A stretch of DNA of 55,976 bases, taken from the IMG/VR virus record IMGVR_UViG_3300043754_000130, positions 1 to 55,976 of that record; one strand, given 5' to 3'. Numbering within the stretch: the stretch's first letter is position 1; each line of letters opens with the position of its first letter. This DNA is from a virus (lineage: Duplodnaviria > Caudoviricetes). Positions 27,336-36,139 of the stretch are shown here, in pieces. Below the pieces are notes generated by a model. That model searched no databases, had not been told where the DNA came from, and worked only from the letters and a program-made list of their open reading frames with translations. Both the position numbers and the translations under genes were made by a program.

Positions 27336-27803
27336 TCAAGCTGTCGCGTCACGCCCTCCCCCGACTATCTCGCAGCCGTCGTCAGCTCTTCCGGCGGGGA
27401 TCGCGATCTTGGCCTTCTTGCGCCGAGCGACCTCGATCTGGACGCCTACTGCGGCGGTCATCTCCTCAGGCCACAGGCCGCGACTGCATTGCGGGCAGCA
27501 CGGGAGCATCCTCTTCCCGCGCCACATGCGGTCGAGTTCGCGCACGGCCTTCAGGATCGGGACCCACGCCTTCAGCTCCTTCGCCTCGGCGCGGAGAGCC
27601 CGCACGCGCTCCCACAGTCGGTTTTCCTCCTTGGCGATCTGGACAAGGACGTGGAACGCCGACAAGGACGCGCCGCACTCCTTGCATTCGACCGTGCCGT
27701 TCTGCTGGTCGACTATCGTCCTCGGGTGTGCGCAGGTCGGGCCCGGTCGCTTCGCGAGACGCCAAGCCTCCAGGCTGACAATCGCTTCGTCGTCCTGCAC
27801 CAT
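27336..27803 (-). CDS. Zn-binding hypothetical protein
   Basis: CAH, CKECG and CPQC motifs; TGATG-coupled start. Confidence 0.75.
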   Translation of the reverse strand: MVQDDEAIVSLEAWRLAKRPGPTCAHPRTIVDQQNGTVECKECGASLSAFHVLVQIAKEENRLWERVRALRAEAKELKAWVPILKAVRELDRMWRGKRMLPCCPQCSRGLWPEEMTAAVGVQIEVARRKKAKIAIPAGRADDGCEIVGGGRDATA

Positions 27804-28591
27804 CACGCTCTCCGCCGCCGCAGGACCTCGACCTCCGCTCCCGCCCGATTCACGATCGGGTCCGGCTGGCCGTCCTCGTCCACGTAGGCGACGACCTCCT
27901 CGATCACGGGGCCGCCGAGGAACGGGTGGTCTCGCTCTGCCTGGGCTTGGCCCTGCGCCTTGGGCGGCGTCAGCACCGATCGGATCTTGGTCAGGCCCTC
28001 GACCAGCTCGGCGCGCTTCTGCATCCACTTCGTCGAGATCTGCTCAGGCTGGCGGCCGGCGACCATCTGCATGGTCCACAGCGGCCAGGACTCGGCGATG
28101 CAAACCGAGTGGACCTCGGCCGAGACGCGATGGCCCATGCCGATCCAGAGGCCGCGGAGCTTGGCCATGGATTCGGCGTCGCCGTTATCCTCGCCGTTCT
28201 CTGCGATGACGACCTTGCGCCGCTCGATCACCTCCCAAACCTGGGCGATCTCCTCGGGCGACCAGTCCTTCACGCGCCGACCGTCCACGTTCGCCGTCTC
28301 CGGCGCCTCCTCCAGCTGCGCAGTCACTCGCGACAGGAACAGGCCGGCGCGGCGGTAGAGATCGGCGTAGGCGCGGCCCGCTCGAGCGAGCGACGGGTCG
28401 ATCCACCCTCGTGCCGCCATCGTGTCCAGCGGGTTCTCCGCCGCTCGGGTTTCGTGCGGCTTCGCGTCCGGATTGCCGAGGATGGCGCGGCGCTTCGCCA
28501 GCACCTCCTTCGTCGGGCCGGAAGGCTCAGCCTTGAGCTTCCCGCACTCGTGGCGGGGGCCTTGCTTACGGGGGCGTCCTTTGCGGGCCAT
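27803..28591 (-). CDS. Hypothetical protein, possible late-gene regulator
   Basis: MARKGRPRK..GKL N-terminus; sits at the end of the replication operon, before terS. Confidence 0.65.
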   Translation of the reverse strand: MARKGRPRKQGPRHECGKLKAEPSGPTKEVLAKRRAILGNPDAKPHETRAAENPLDTMAARGWIDPSLARAGRAYADLYRRAGLFLSRVTAQLEEAPETANVDGRRVKDWSPEEIAQVWEVIERRKVVIAENGEDNGDAESMAKLRGLWIGMGHRVSAEVHSVCIAESWPLWTMQMVAGRQPEQISTKWMQKRAELVEGLTKIRSVLTPPKAQGQAQAERDHPFLGGPVIEEVVAYVDEDGQPDPIVNRAGAEVEVLRRRRA

Positions 28592-28632
28592 TAGGCGGCG
28601 CTCCTTGGCGATGATTTGGTGAAGGGGTTCAT
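28591..28632 (-). CDS. 13-aa coupling minigene MNPFTKSSPRSAA
   Basis: ATGA overlap with the upstream stop and TAATG overlap with the downstream start. Confidence 0.45.
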   Translation of the reverse strand: MNPFTKSSPRSAA

Positions 28633-29696
28633 GCGGCTTGCTCAGCCAGGCAGAGTTCGATGCCGCGCTCGCGCAGCACCCGGCCGACCTCCCGCTCGAT
28701 CTGGTCGCGGGCGTAGGCGTTGGAGACCAGGAGGGCCTTGGTCGGGACCTCCTGAAAACGGGAGTAGCCGTCGATGTAGCCGCGCACCCACGCCTCACCG
28801 CCGGGCGCGGCGCGCACGAGGGCGGCGCGAAGGTCGGCAGGGCCACTCCAGGACCGAGCGGGAGGCGCGGCCGCGCTCTGTTCTGCGACCATCCACTGGT
28901 CGTAGGTCCCGTCGCGCAGCCAGATGTGCAGGCCTGGGCCGCCCGTGCGCTTCACGTCCGGGTCCTCGCGGACGTAGCGCTTCATCGCGGCCACGATCTG
29001 CTCGGGCTCGACGCGGCGCTTGGCCTTCAGCCACTCCGGCCAGGTCTTCTCGCGGCTCTTGCCCCTGCGCCGGCCATCAGGCGTGCAGGCGCCCCAGAGC
29101 TCGGCGAAGTGCGGGTCCTTCTCCCAAGGATGGACCTTCGGAGAAGCCTCCGATGCGACAGGAGACGTAGTCTCCTTCTTATCCTCTACTCTCTTCTCTT
29201 CTATTACAGCGGACAGGGCTGTTTGGGTGTGTTCGTCACGCGCGCCCGACGTCATGTCACACGTGACATTGCCGTTTTCAGCCGTGACACCCCTGGCCCG
29301 GTCGCGCTGGTCACGCTTCCTTTTGGCGTCGTCACGGCGCTTCGAGGTCGCCTTGTCCCACACACCCAGCACGACCTCGCAGGTGGTCGGGTGGTACCAG
29401 CGACCGTCCGCGCACAGGATCCACGGAGCCAGAATCTCGTCCTTCACGGCGAGGAAGGCGTCCACGTCCATGCCGTATCCAGCGGCCTCAGCGAGCTCGT
29501 CGTCGTCGTCCGGCAGCGAGCCGGCGGGCTGCGCCTTGTAGGCCTCACCCCAGAGCATGACGTTCCGGGCGCGCGCCGTGTCGGAGGCGCGGCGCCACCA
29601 CTTCGACTTGCGCAGCCGGTCGAAGTAGAGCGGGAAGTAGTCATGCCCGCGCAGCACACACTCAGGCGGGACCGGAGGCGCTGGGCGTTCAGTCAT
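28629..29696 (-). CDS. Replication initiator (DUF1376/YdaU-like)
   Basis: Start MTERPAPPVPP; YFPLYFDRL, PAGSLPDDDDELA, WILCADGRWYHP; adjacent to dnaB. Confidence 0.85.
   Translation of the reverse strand: MTERPAPPVPPECVLRGHDYFPLYFDRLRKSKWWRRASDTARARNVMLWGEAYKAQPAGSLPDDDDELAEAAGYGMDVDAFLAVKDEILAPWILCADGRWYHPTTCEVVLGVWDKATSKRRDDAKRKRDQRDRARGVTAENGNVTCDMTSGARDEHTQTALSAVIEEKRVEDKKETTSPVASEASPKVHPWEKDPHFAELWGACTPDGRRRGKSREKTWPEWLKAKRRVEPEQIVAAMKRYVREDPDVKRTGGPGLHIWLRDGTYDQWMVAEQSAAAPPARSWSGPADLRAALVRAAPGGEAWVRGYIDGYSRFQEVPTKALLVSNAYARDQIEREVGRVLRERGIELCLAEQAA
29160..29340. promoter_or_regulatory. Putative replication origin inside the initiator gene
   Basis: Pyrimidine tract (29171-29205), clustered GTCAC/GTGAC repeats, palindrome ATGTCAC-AC-GTGACAT at 29254-29269; lambda-O-like placement. 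Confidence 0.55.
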
Positions 29697-31179
29697 CGGC
29701 GTATCCGAAGTTGGTGCGGCCCGCGCCGAACTCCTCACGGGCGAGGTTTCCAAACCGGGTGGTGTCCGCATCGAACGCGAGCCGGACGGTGCCGATCGGG
29801 CCGTGGCGGTTCTTGCCGATGATGACCTCGGCGACGCCTCGGCAGGCGTTCATCTGGTCGATCCAGCTATGGTGCTCGATGCTGTCGGGCTTCGGCTCGG
29901 CGCGCTCCAGGTAGTAGCTCTCGCGGTAGACGAACATGACGCAGTCGGCGTCCTGCTCGATCGAGCCCGACTCCCGCAGGTCGGAGAGTTGCGGCCGCTT
30001 GTCGTCGCGCTGCTCGACCTGGCGGGAAAGCTGCGACAGGGCCAGCACCGGTACGTCGAGATCCTTGGCCATGGCCTTCAGGCCCATGGTGATCTCGGTG
30101 ACCTCTTGCACCCTCCCCTCGCCGCGCCGGCCCGGAGCCGAGGCGAGCTGCAGGTAGTCGACCACGATCAGGTCGAGGCCGCACTGGCGCTTCAGCCGCC
30201 GGGCGCGCGCCGCGAGCTTGTCGATGGTCAGGCCGCCCGTGGCGTCAATGTGCAGGGGCGCGGCCTGGATCTCGATGATGGCGTCGCGGATCCGCGCGTA
30301 CTCGGCGGCGTCAATCTCGCCCTTGCGCATCTTGTCGCCGGAGACGCCGGAAACATCAGCCACGATGCGCAGGCCCAACTGCTCGCCGGACATTTCCAGA
30401 GAGAAGAAACCCACGACGCCGCCATCGGTTGTCTTGCGCGAACCGCTATTATCGTCGTATTTGTACCTACGCGCAACGTTAAATGCTATATTCGTAGCCA
30501 GCGCTGTCTTACCCATACTTGGGCGACCCGCAAGAATTAGAAGATCAGACCCGTGCAGACCGCCGAGTTTTCTGTCGAGGTCTACAAGACCAGTAGAAAC
30601 ACCAGACAGCCCCCCGTCCCGCTCGAAGGCCGCGGTGACGAGCTCCAAGCTCCCGACCATCGTGTCGGAGAAGCTGACGAAGCCCTTGGAGGCTGAGCCA
30701 CGCTCGGCGAGGTCGTAGAGTTGAGCCTCGGCCTGCTCGATGTGCTCCCGCGCCGTGGTCTCGCGGTCCTGGTCCGCAGCCTTCGCGATGTCGCCGCCGA
30801 TCGCCACGATCCGGCGCCGGAGCGCCAGGTCGAGGATGACCCCGGCGTAGTCCTGGGCGACCGCGGCCGGCGGCGCGTGGTCGACGAGATCGGCGAGGTA
30901 GGGGAAGCCCCCCAACTCGACAAAAGCCGGGTCGTGCTTGAACCGCTCGGCGATGGCGAGCGGGTCGATCCCCCTGCCCTGGCGGATCATTAGGGCGAGC
31001 GCCTCGTACATCCGTCCGTGCAGAGGCTCATAGAAGTGCTCGGCCGCGAGCGATTCCGAGACGCGCTCGAGCACGGCGTTGTCGTAGAGGACAGCGCCCA
31101 GCAGACCTTGCTCGGCCTCGACGTTGAAGACGCCCGACGCAGCAGCGTCTGCGTCGGCGGCGGGGGAGAGCGCGTTCAT
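29689..31179 (-). CDS. dnaB: Replicative DNA helicase
   Basis: NVEAEQGLLG, GRPSMGKT, FSLEMS, IVVDYLQL, LSQLSR, SDLRESGSIEQDAD, KNRHGP. Confidence 0.97.
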   Translation of the reverse strand: MNALSPAADADAAASGVFNVEAEQGLLGAVLYDNAVLERVSESLAAEHFYEPLHGRMYEALALMIRQGRGIDPLAIAERFKHDPAFVELGGFPYLADLVDHAPPAAVAQDYAGVILDLALRRRIVAIGGDIAKAADQDRETTAREHIEQAEAQLYDLAERGSASKGFVSFSDTMVGSLELVTAAFERDGGLSGVSTGLVDLDRKLGGLHGSDLLILAGRPSMGKTALATNIAFNVARRYKYDDNSGSRKTTDGGVVGFFSLEMSGEQLGLRIVADVSGVSGDKMRKGEIDAAEYARIRDAIIEIQAAPLHIDATGGLTIDKLAARARRLKRQCGLDLIVVDYLQLASAPGRRGEGRVQEVTEITMGLKAMAKDLDVPVLALSQLSRQVEQRDDKRPQLSDLRESGSIEQDADCVMFVYRESYYLERAEPKPDSIEHHSWIDQMNACRGVAEVIIGKNRHGPIGTVRLAFDADTTRFGNLAREEFGAGRTNFGYADD

Positions 31180-31970
31180 GCGGCCACCCCGAACAGGTCG
31201 ATCTGCTCGGGCTCCGCGGTCGCCGCGCGAGCGGCGCGGGCCTCAACGAAGTCGCAGCAGACGATCTCAACCGCGGGAGCAACGCCGCGCCACTCCTTCC
31301 GGTAGAAGTCGCAGTCGATTCCGCAGTTGGGCGTCAGCGTCAGGCCTGTCTGCGAGTGGAAGGCCTCGTAAGCCTCCGACCGGCGCTCACAATATCCCGG
31401 GCGACCGCTGTACTCGAACGGCGAAGAGCCCTGCGGAATGATGAACACGCCGTAGTCGGCAATGTCGCTCGCGATGTCGATGACGTGCAGGTCGAAGTTT
31501 TTCCCGCGGTACCTCGGCGCGTCACCTGATCGCTTGGTCGCACCAAACGGCGGGTTGCTGATCGCCGTTTCGAACCTGCCTATCTGCGGAAGCGCGAACA
31601 CGTCCGCTTCAATCCAGGTCGCCTCCGGAAGGATCTTCCGGCCTACGGCCGCGTAATCGGGGTTCAGCTCAATGCAGACAATATCGACTGCCGCCCTCGC
31701 CCCCTGGGCCTTCAGCCAGACCTGAAACGCCAAACCTCCGATCCCGGCGCATAGGTCGACCACGCGACCGCGTTCTGGAACCTCGATCGCGAAGTCCCGC
31801 GCCAACATGGGGGGTGTGAAGAAGGCGCCGGCGGCCGAGTTCACATGACGCGCGGACTCCTGCCAGTTCTCCAGCACGAACCAGCGGTCGTCCTCGGTTA
31901 GTCGATCCTTCTTCAGAAGCTCGCACGCCTCCTCGTGAGCCTTAATCTGCGGCTTGGTGAGCTTGCTCAT
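31176..31970 (-). CDS. Amino (N6-adenine-type) DNA methyltransferase
   Basis: GAFFTP, VDLCAGIG (motif I), ISNPPFG (motif IV). Confidence 0.88.
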   Translation of the reverse strand: MSKLTKPQIKAHEEACELLKKDRLTEDDRWFVLENWQESARHVNSAAGAFFTPPMLARDFAIEVPERGRVVDLCAGIGGLAFQVWLKAQGARAAVDIVCIELNPDYAAVGRKILPEATWIEADVFALPQIGRFETAISNPPFGATKRSGDAPRYRGKNFDLHVIDIASDIADYGVFIIPQGSSPFEYSGRPGYCERRSEAYEAFHSQTGLTLTPNCGIDCDFYRKEWRGVAPAVEIVCCDFVEARAARAATAEPEQIDLFGVAA

Positions 31971-32311
31971 GCCGCCCCTCCCGCCCGCTTGGTCAGCACC
32001 GCAAAGACCGCCTCCCCTTGAGCGACTGCAGTTGACCGAGGCTCAGGCGGACACAGCCGGTAGGCTTCGGCGCCGAGGAGACTCGCGGTCGTGTACGGTC
32101 CCTCGATCTTGGCGAGCTGGCGGGTGACGACCTTGTGGGCGGCGCGCAGGACGGCGGCCCGGTGTTGATCCGGCTGGGTCTCCAACAGGGCGGAGACTGC
32201 GGCCTCGGTGTCAGCTTCTATCCGAGCTTGCAGGATCTCGGCGCGGGTCTTGGCGCGGCCGCGGCGCGTCAGGCGCACGACGCTGCCACGGAAAAGCTTC
32301 GGCGCGCTCAT
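31967..32311 (-). CDS. Hypothetical protein
   Basis: ATGA-coupled at both ends. Confidence 0.7.
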   Translation of the reverse strand: MSAPKLFRGSVVRLTRRGRAKTRAEILQARIEADTEAAVSALLETQPDQHRAAVLRAAHKVVTRQLAKIEGPYTTASLLGAEAYRLCPPEPRSTAVAQGEAVFAVLTKRAGGAA

Positions 32312-32505
32312 GCGGCCCTCCAGAACATGTCGAGTTGATCGTCAGCAGGCTCTTCGACCCGGACAGGCTCAGGCTCTCCGCCGCGGTCGGCGAAGGCCTG
32401 GGCGCGCTCTTGGGTGATGTGGAGGCCGATCAGAACGCCGTCTCTGGAGACCTGCCATTCCCATTCGTCGTCACGGCCGGTGGGCTCGACGGTGAAGGTG
32501 GTCAT
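32308..32505 (-). CDS. Hypothetical protein
   Basis: ATGA-coupled at both ends; QLDMF clamp-binding-like motif near the C-terminus. Confidence 0.65.
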   Translation of the reverse strand: MTTFTVEPTGRDDEWEWQVSRDGVLIGLHITQERAQAFADRGGEPEPVRVEEPADDQLDMFWRAA

Positions 32506-33332
32506 GCAGCCCTCGCGGCGAGGATCGCGCGGCCGATCAGTTCGGGGACCTGGGGGACGACGGCGTTTCCGAGGGCTCGCAGTTGAGGCTGCACCACTCG
32601 GCGGGGAACCCCATCAACCACTCGATCCAGCGCGGGTTCAGGAGCCCAAGGAGCGCGTTCCTGCCGTGCGATTGCAGTCCCGACCAACGAGAGGCCGTCG
32701 GCGTTGGCCAAAGCACCTTCGCCGCGACCGCTTCGATGAAAGAACCGCTTGACCCCTTCCTCCGGAAGCGCTCGGCCATCGACGGCGACGGCGCCGACGC
32801 CACACATGCGTCCGCTGTTGGGGTAGGCAACCAGCCATACCCGGTCCCGGATATGTGGGGCGTCAACGGAGGCAGCCGGTATGCAATGCCACTCCGCATC
32901 AAACCCGATCGCGGCCAGGTCTGCGAGAACTCGGCCAAACCAAGCGCCTGGTTGCTCCTCGGGTCCGCGAAGCAGGTCTGCGACGTTCTCCACGATGACG
33001 ACGGCAGGTCGAAGCTCGCCAATAAGTCGGGCGTACTCGCGCCATAGGCCGCTGCGCTCGCCATCAATTCCGGCTTTCTCGCCCGCGCTCGAGAGGTCTT
33101 GGCACGGGAAGCCTCCGCAGATGGCGTCAACGGCAATTCCATCTGCGGCCAGGCGATCGGCGGTGAGGGTTCGCACGTCATCGAAGCACGGCACCTCCGG
33201 CCAGTGTTTGCGGAGCACCGCCCGCGCGTAGGGTTCGATCTCGCAGAAGGCGACGGTCTTGAATCCGCCGGTGCGCTCGAGGCCGAGGCTGAAGCCCCCG
33301 ATCCCAGAGAAGAGGTCGAGGAGCCGGAGCAC
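32502..33332 (-). CDS. C5-cytosine DNA methyltransferase, alpha subunit (motifs I-VIII and X)
   Basis: DLFSGIGG, GFPCQ, ENV, PHIRDRVW, LGNAVVP; motif IX is absent from this frame. Confidence 0.93.
   Translation of the reverse strand: MLRLLDLFSGIGGFSLGLERTGGFKTVAFCEIEPYARAVLRKHWPEVPCFDDVRTLTADRLAADGIAVDAICGGFPCQDLSSAGEKAGIDGERSGLWREYARLIGELRPAVVIVENVADLLRGPEEQPGAWFGRVLADLAAIGFDAEWHCIPAASVDAPHIRDRVWLVAYPNSGRMCGVGAVAVDGRALPEEGVKRFFHRSGRGEGALANADGLSLVGTAIARQERAPWAPEPALDRVVDGVPRRVVQPQLRALGNAVVPQVPELIGRAILAARAA
32537..33181 (-). CDS. C5-methyltransferase beta subunit in an overlapping frame (motif IX and target-recognition region)
   Basis: 214-aa nested ORF with LPTP/WPTP motifs and LNPRWIEWLMGFPAEW (motif IX); true start uncertain. 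Confidence 0.8.
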   Translation of the reverse strand: MTCEPSPPIAWPQMELPLTPSAEASRAKTSRARARKPELMASAAAYGASTPDLLASFDLPSSSWRTSQTCFADPRSNQALGLAEFSQTWPRSGLMRSGIAYRLPPLTPHISGTGYGWLPTPTADACVASAPSPSMAERFRRKGSSGSFIEAVAAKVLWPTPTASRWSGLQSHGRNALLGLLNPRWIEWLMGFPAEWCSLNCEPSETPSSPRSPN

Positions 33333-34060
33333 TAGGCCGCCTCCTGCCGCTCAGCCGCAACCTTCGCCGTCGGCCGCCAGACCGGAGCCGAGACCTCCTG
33401 CAGCACGTATCCGCGGCCCCAGACGTTTTGGATGTGGCCGTCGGCGTTGGCTTTGCGGAGCTTGGCGCGGACCTTGCAGACAAAGACCTCGATGATCTTG
33501 CCGCTCTCAGGCTCGTCCATGCCGCCGTAAAGCTGGGTCAGGATGGCGTCCTTCGAGAGGGTCGAGCCCTTCCGAAGAGCCAGAAGTTCGAGCAGTTGAT
33601 ACTCGCGGCCGGTCAGGTTGATGCGCTCGCCGCCCACCTCGACGCGCTTCTGGTCGAGCAAGACCTTGATCGGTCCAGCGTTGATTACGGCCTCCGCGTG
33701 GCCCCTAGAGCGTCGGATAACGGCGCGGACCCGGGCGACGAGCTCGTCCTTGTGGATCGGCTTCGGCAGGTAGTCGTCAGCGCCGGAGTCGTAGGCCGCG
33801 ACCCGCGTCTCGGTGCTCTGGTCGTCGGAAATGATGAGGACCGGGGCTGAGACCTTCGCCGCTCGGATGCGCCGCAGCACGTCCAGGCCGGAGATGTCCA
33901 GAAGCCCCCCGCCGACCAAGACCGCGTCGAAGTCGAACCGCTTGGCGAGATCGACCCCCTCTTCGCCGAGATCGGTGTCCTCGATGTTGAAGCCTGCCGC
34001 CCGCAGCACGAACAGCATGGCGTGAGTGGTGCCGATATTGTCGATGACGAGCAGGCGCAT
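33332..34060 (-). CDS. ctrA: CtrA homologue with a degenerate receiver domain
   Basis: TDLGEEGVDL, GADDYLPKPIHKDELVAR, RRSRGHA, LTGREYQLLELLALRKG, LYGGMDEPE, VWGRGYVL are CtrA signatures; the phosphoacceptor position is Gly. Confidence 0.92.
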   Translation of the reverse strand: MRLLVIDNIGTTHAMLFVLRAAGFNIEDTDLGEEGVDLAKRFDFDAVLVGGGLLDISGLDVLRRIRAAKVSAPVLIISDDQSTETRVAAYDSGADDYLPKPIHKDELVARVRAVIRRSRGHAEAVINAGPIKVLLDQKRVEVGGERINLTGREYQLLELLALRKGSTLSKDAILTQLYGGMDEPESGKIIEVFVCKVRAKLRKANADGHIQNVWGRGYVLQEVSAPVWRPTAKVAAERQEAA

Positions 34061-34846
34061 TTAGGCAGCCTCCCTCAGAGCTTCAGTGATCGCGTCGGCG
34101 GAGACGTCGAACAGGTGCGCGACCTCGTCGAGCCGCCAGTTGGCTTCCAGAAAGCGGCGGATGAACCCGAGCTTGCGCGGGGTCATGGTGACGCCGCGGA
34201 CGCGGGGAGCGCCGGCCCATCCGGGGTGTTTGGGGAGCTTGGGTTTGGGGTTGTCGGAGACCAGACGGAGCTTCGGGACTCGACCGGAGGCTCGCCCGCG
34301 CTCCAAATTGATCGCCCCCATGCGGGCGCCGTTCTCACGGCTGGCGCGGAGGGAGTTGACGACGTTGTAGGCTTCGTCGCGCTTCCACTTGTTGCGGAAG
34401 ATGATCCCCGCGACGGCGGCCGGGGTCGTGTCCAGCTTCTCGGCGATCTCCGTCTGGGACTTGCCCGCGAACCACATGGCCTTGACCTGAAGGGTGCGTT
34501 CGCTGGGGACACTGGACCGGCGCTTGTGCGTCCGGTCGATGCCTGCGCGCTTCAGGACCCAGGTGATCGTCGAGTTCGGGACGGACGTGAGAGCCACGAT
34601 GACTTTGCGCTCCTTGCCCTCCTTGTAGAGCTTGACGACCTCGGCCTCCTTCTCGGGGGAGAGCCGGGTCTTCGGGGCGCGAAGCTCTATGCCGTTGCGG
34701 TTCAGGACGTCGGACACCGTGGACTTGCCGACGCCGGTCGCGTCCATGATCTCCCGACGCGGGGCCTTGTCCGCGTACATCTGCAGGATGACGGCTTCGG
34801 TCTCGGGAGAGAGCGGGACGCCGCGCTGATGTTGGGGGGCGCTCAT
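34061..34846 (-). CDS. Multi-HTH protein with a GcrA N-terminal-like unit
   Basis: Three to four HTH units; QVKAMWFAGKSQTEIAEKLDTTPAAVAGIIFR resembles the GcrA N-terminus. Confidence 0.65.
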   Translation of the reverse strand: MSAPQHQRGVPLSPETEAVILQMYADKAPRREIMDATGVGKSTVSDVLNRNGIELRAPKTRLSPEKEAEVVKLYKEGKERKVIVALTSVPNSTITWVLKRAGIDRTHKRRSSVPSERTLQVKAMWFAGKSQTEIAEKLDTTPAAVAGIIFRNKWKRDEAYNVVNSLRASRENGARMGAINLERGRASGRVPKLRLVSDNPKPKLPKHPGWAGAPRVRGVTMTPRKLGFIRRFLEANWRLDEVAHLFDVSADAITEALREAA

Positions 34847-35151
34847 GCGCGCACCCCCAGGTCGACAGGTTCCAGCAGCTTGGAGATCAGCGAGCCGTCA
34901 GGGCGGTAGACGCGGCGGAAGCGTGTCGAGCGGTAATAGCTCTTGACGTATCGCCGCCCCAAGCAAGGCTTGCCGACGCCGGGTGTCGGACACTCCGAAA
35001 CATCCACGTTGTAGTCACCGTCGACATCTGGCGTGGGGCTCACCAGACTTACCGTGTAACAAGACCCCTTCTGCAGGGGACACGGTGTTCCCCATGGGGC
35101 TGGGCCGTCATCCACGCACACAACGACATCACCGGGAGCGAAGTCACACAT
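34843..35151 (-). CDS. Hypothetical protein
   Basis: Start MCDFAPGDVVVCVDD; common phage FxxGDxVVCV..RFR pattern. Confidence 0.7.
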   Translation of the reverse strand: MCDFAPGDVVVCVDDGPAPWGTPCPLQKGSCYTVSLVSPTPDVDGDYNVDVSECPTPGVGKPCLGRRYVKSYYRSTRFRRVYRPDGSLISKLLEPVDLGVRA

Positions 35152-35383
35152 GAGCGCGCCCCCTCTGGAGATGACCGAGGACGCGGGCTTCCAGATCAGC
35201 CTGCGCCTTCCGAGCCCCCTTGGAGTGGGCCGAGCGGAATCGTGCCCGCTCTTGCAGGAGGCGGCGGTACTCGATGTCGACTTGCGCCAAGGTTGGCTTG
35301 ACGATTCCGACCCAGACCAGCGCATCGCCGACCAGGTCGCGGAGGATGGACCGGCGCGTGTGGGCCTTGCGGGGGCGGTTCAT
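35144..35383 (-). CDS. Hypothetical protein
   Basis: Coupled in the operon. Confidence 0.65.
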   Translation of the reverse strand: MNRPRKAHTRRSILRDLVGDALVWVGIVKPTLAQVDIEYRRLLQERARFRSAHSKGARKAQADLEARVLGHLQRGRAHV

Positions 35384-35568
35384 CGGCCGATTCCCGCCGT
35401 CCAGATCAACGATAGGAGCGAAGCCATCGCGGCGGCGAGCGATGAGACAGCAGCGACCTTCAGGATGGTCTGGATCGGTTCAACCCCGATCGTCGCGATA
35501 CCGAACGGCGTGATCGCCAGTGCGACGAGCGAAAAGGTCAGCATCAGCTTGAGTTGGATCGGCATCAC
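35380..35568 (-). CDS. Small two-TM membrane protein
   Basis: Two hydrophobic segments; coupled at both ends. Confidence 0.65.
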   Translation of the reverse strand: MMPIQLKLMLTFSLVALAITPFGIATIGVEPIQTILKVAAVSSLAAAMASLLSLIWTAGIGR

Positions 35569-35846
35569 GCAGCACTCCTCATCTCAGGTTGAGCCACCGC
35601 GCCCCACAGGCTCAGGATCGCCCGCGTGGCCTCGTTGATGCTCTTGCTCTCGCTCAGGATCGGGGGCTCGCCGCGGAGGCGGCGCAGATGGGTCTGGATG
35701 GCCCGCTCGCGGTACTCGGGGAGGACGAAGCCCCGGCACGTCAGGACGACCACGCCGCCGGAGTGAACCGTGAAGCAGAGGTTGTTGCCCTCGCCGTAGC
35801 GGGTGACGTTCAGGGCGCCGAAGGTCTGAGGAAGTTCGCTGGTCAT
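35565..35846 (-). CDS. Hypothetical protein
   Basis: Start MTSELPQ through an ATGA overlap. Confidence 0.65.
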   Translation of the reverse strand: MTSELPQTFGALNVTRYGEGNNLCFTVHSGGVVVLTCRGFVLPEYRERAIQTHLRRLRGEPPILSESKSINEATRAILSLWGAVAQPEMRSAA

Positions 35847-36139
35847 TGGATGACGGGCCTCCCGGTCGAGGGGTCGCGCTGCATGAGCGAGATACGCTTG
35901 GCCTGATCGAGGGCATGGCCGGGGTTGAGGGCGACCTTCAGGAGGTCGAACACCGTCGCGACATCTCCCTCGTTGACCGCCTCCTTCAGCGTCTCCAGAT
36001 CGGCCTTTCGAAGGCTTTCGAGCGCAGCCGACGTGAAGTCCACCCGGCGCTCTTTCAGCTCGTCGATCAGTTCTTGGTCCGACATCTCGTCGAGAACCTC
36101 GTCGACCCGGATATTGACGTTGACGAACCCCCGCATCAC
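35843..36139 (-). CDS. Hypothetical protein
   Basis: DEMSDQELIDELKER motif; coupled at both ends. Confidence 0.7.
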   Translation of the reverse strand: MMRGFVNVNIRVDEVLDEMSDQELIDELKERRVDFTSAALESLRKADLETLKEAVNEGDVATVFDLLKVALNPGHALDQAKRISLMQRDPSTGRPVIQ

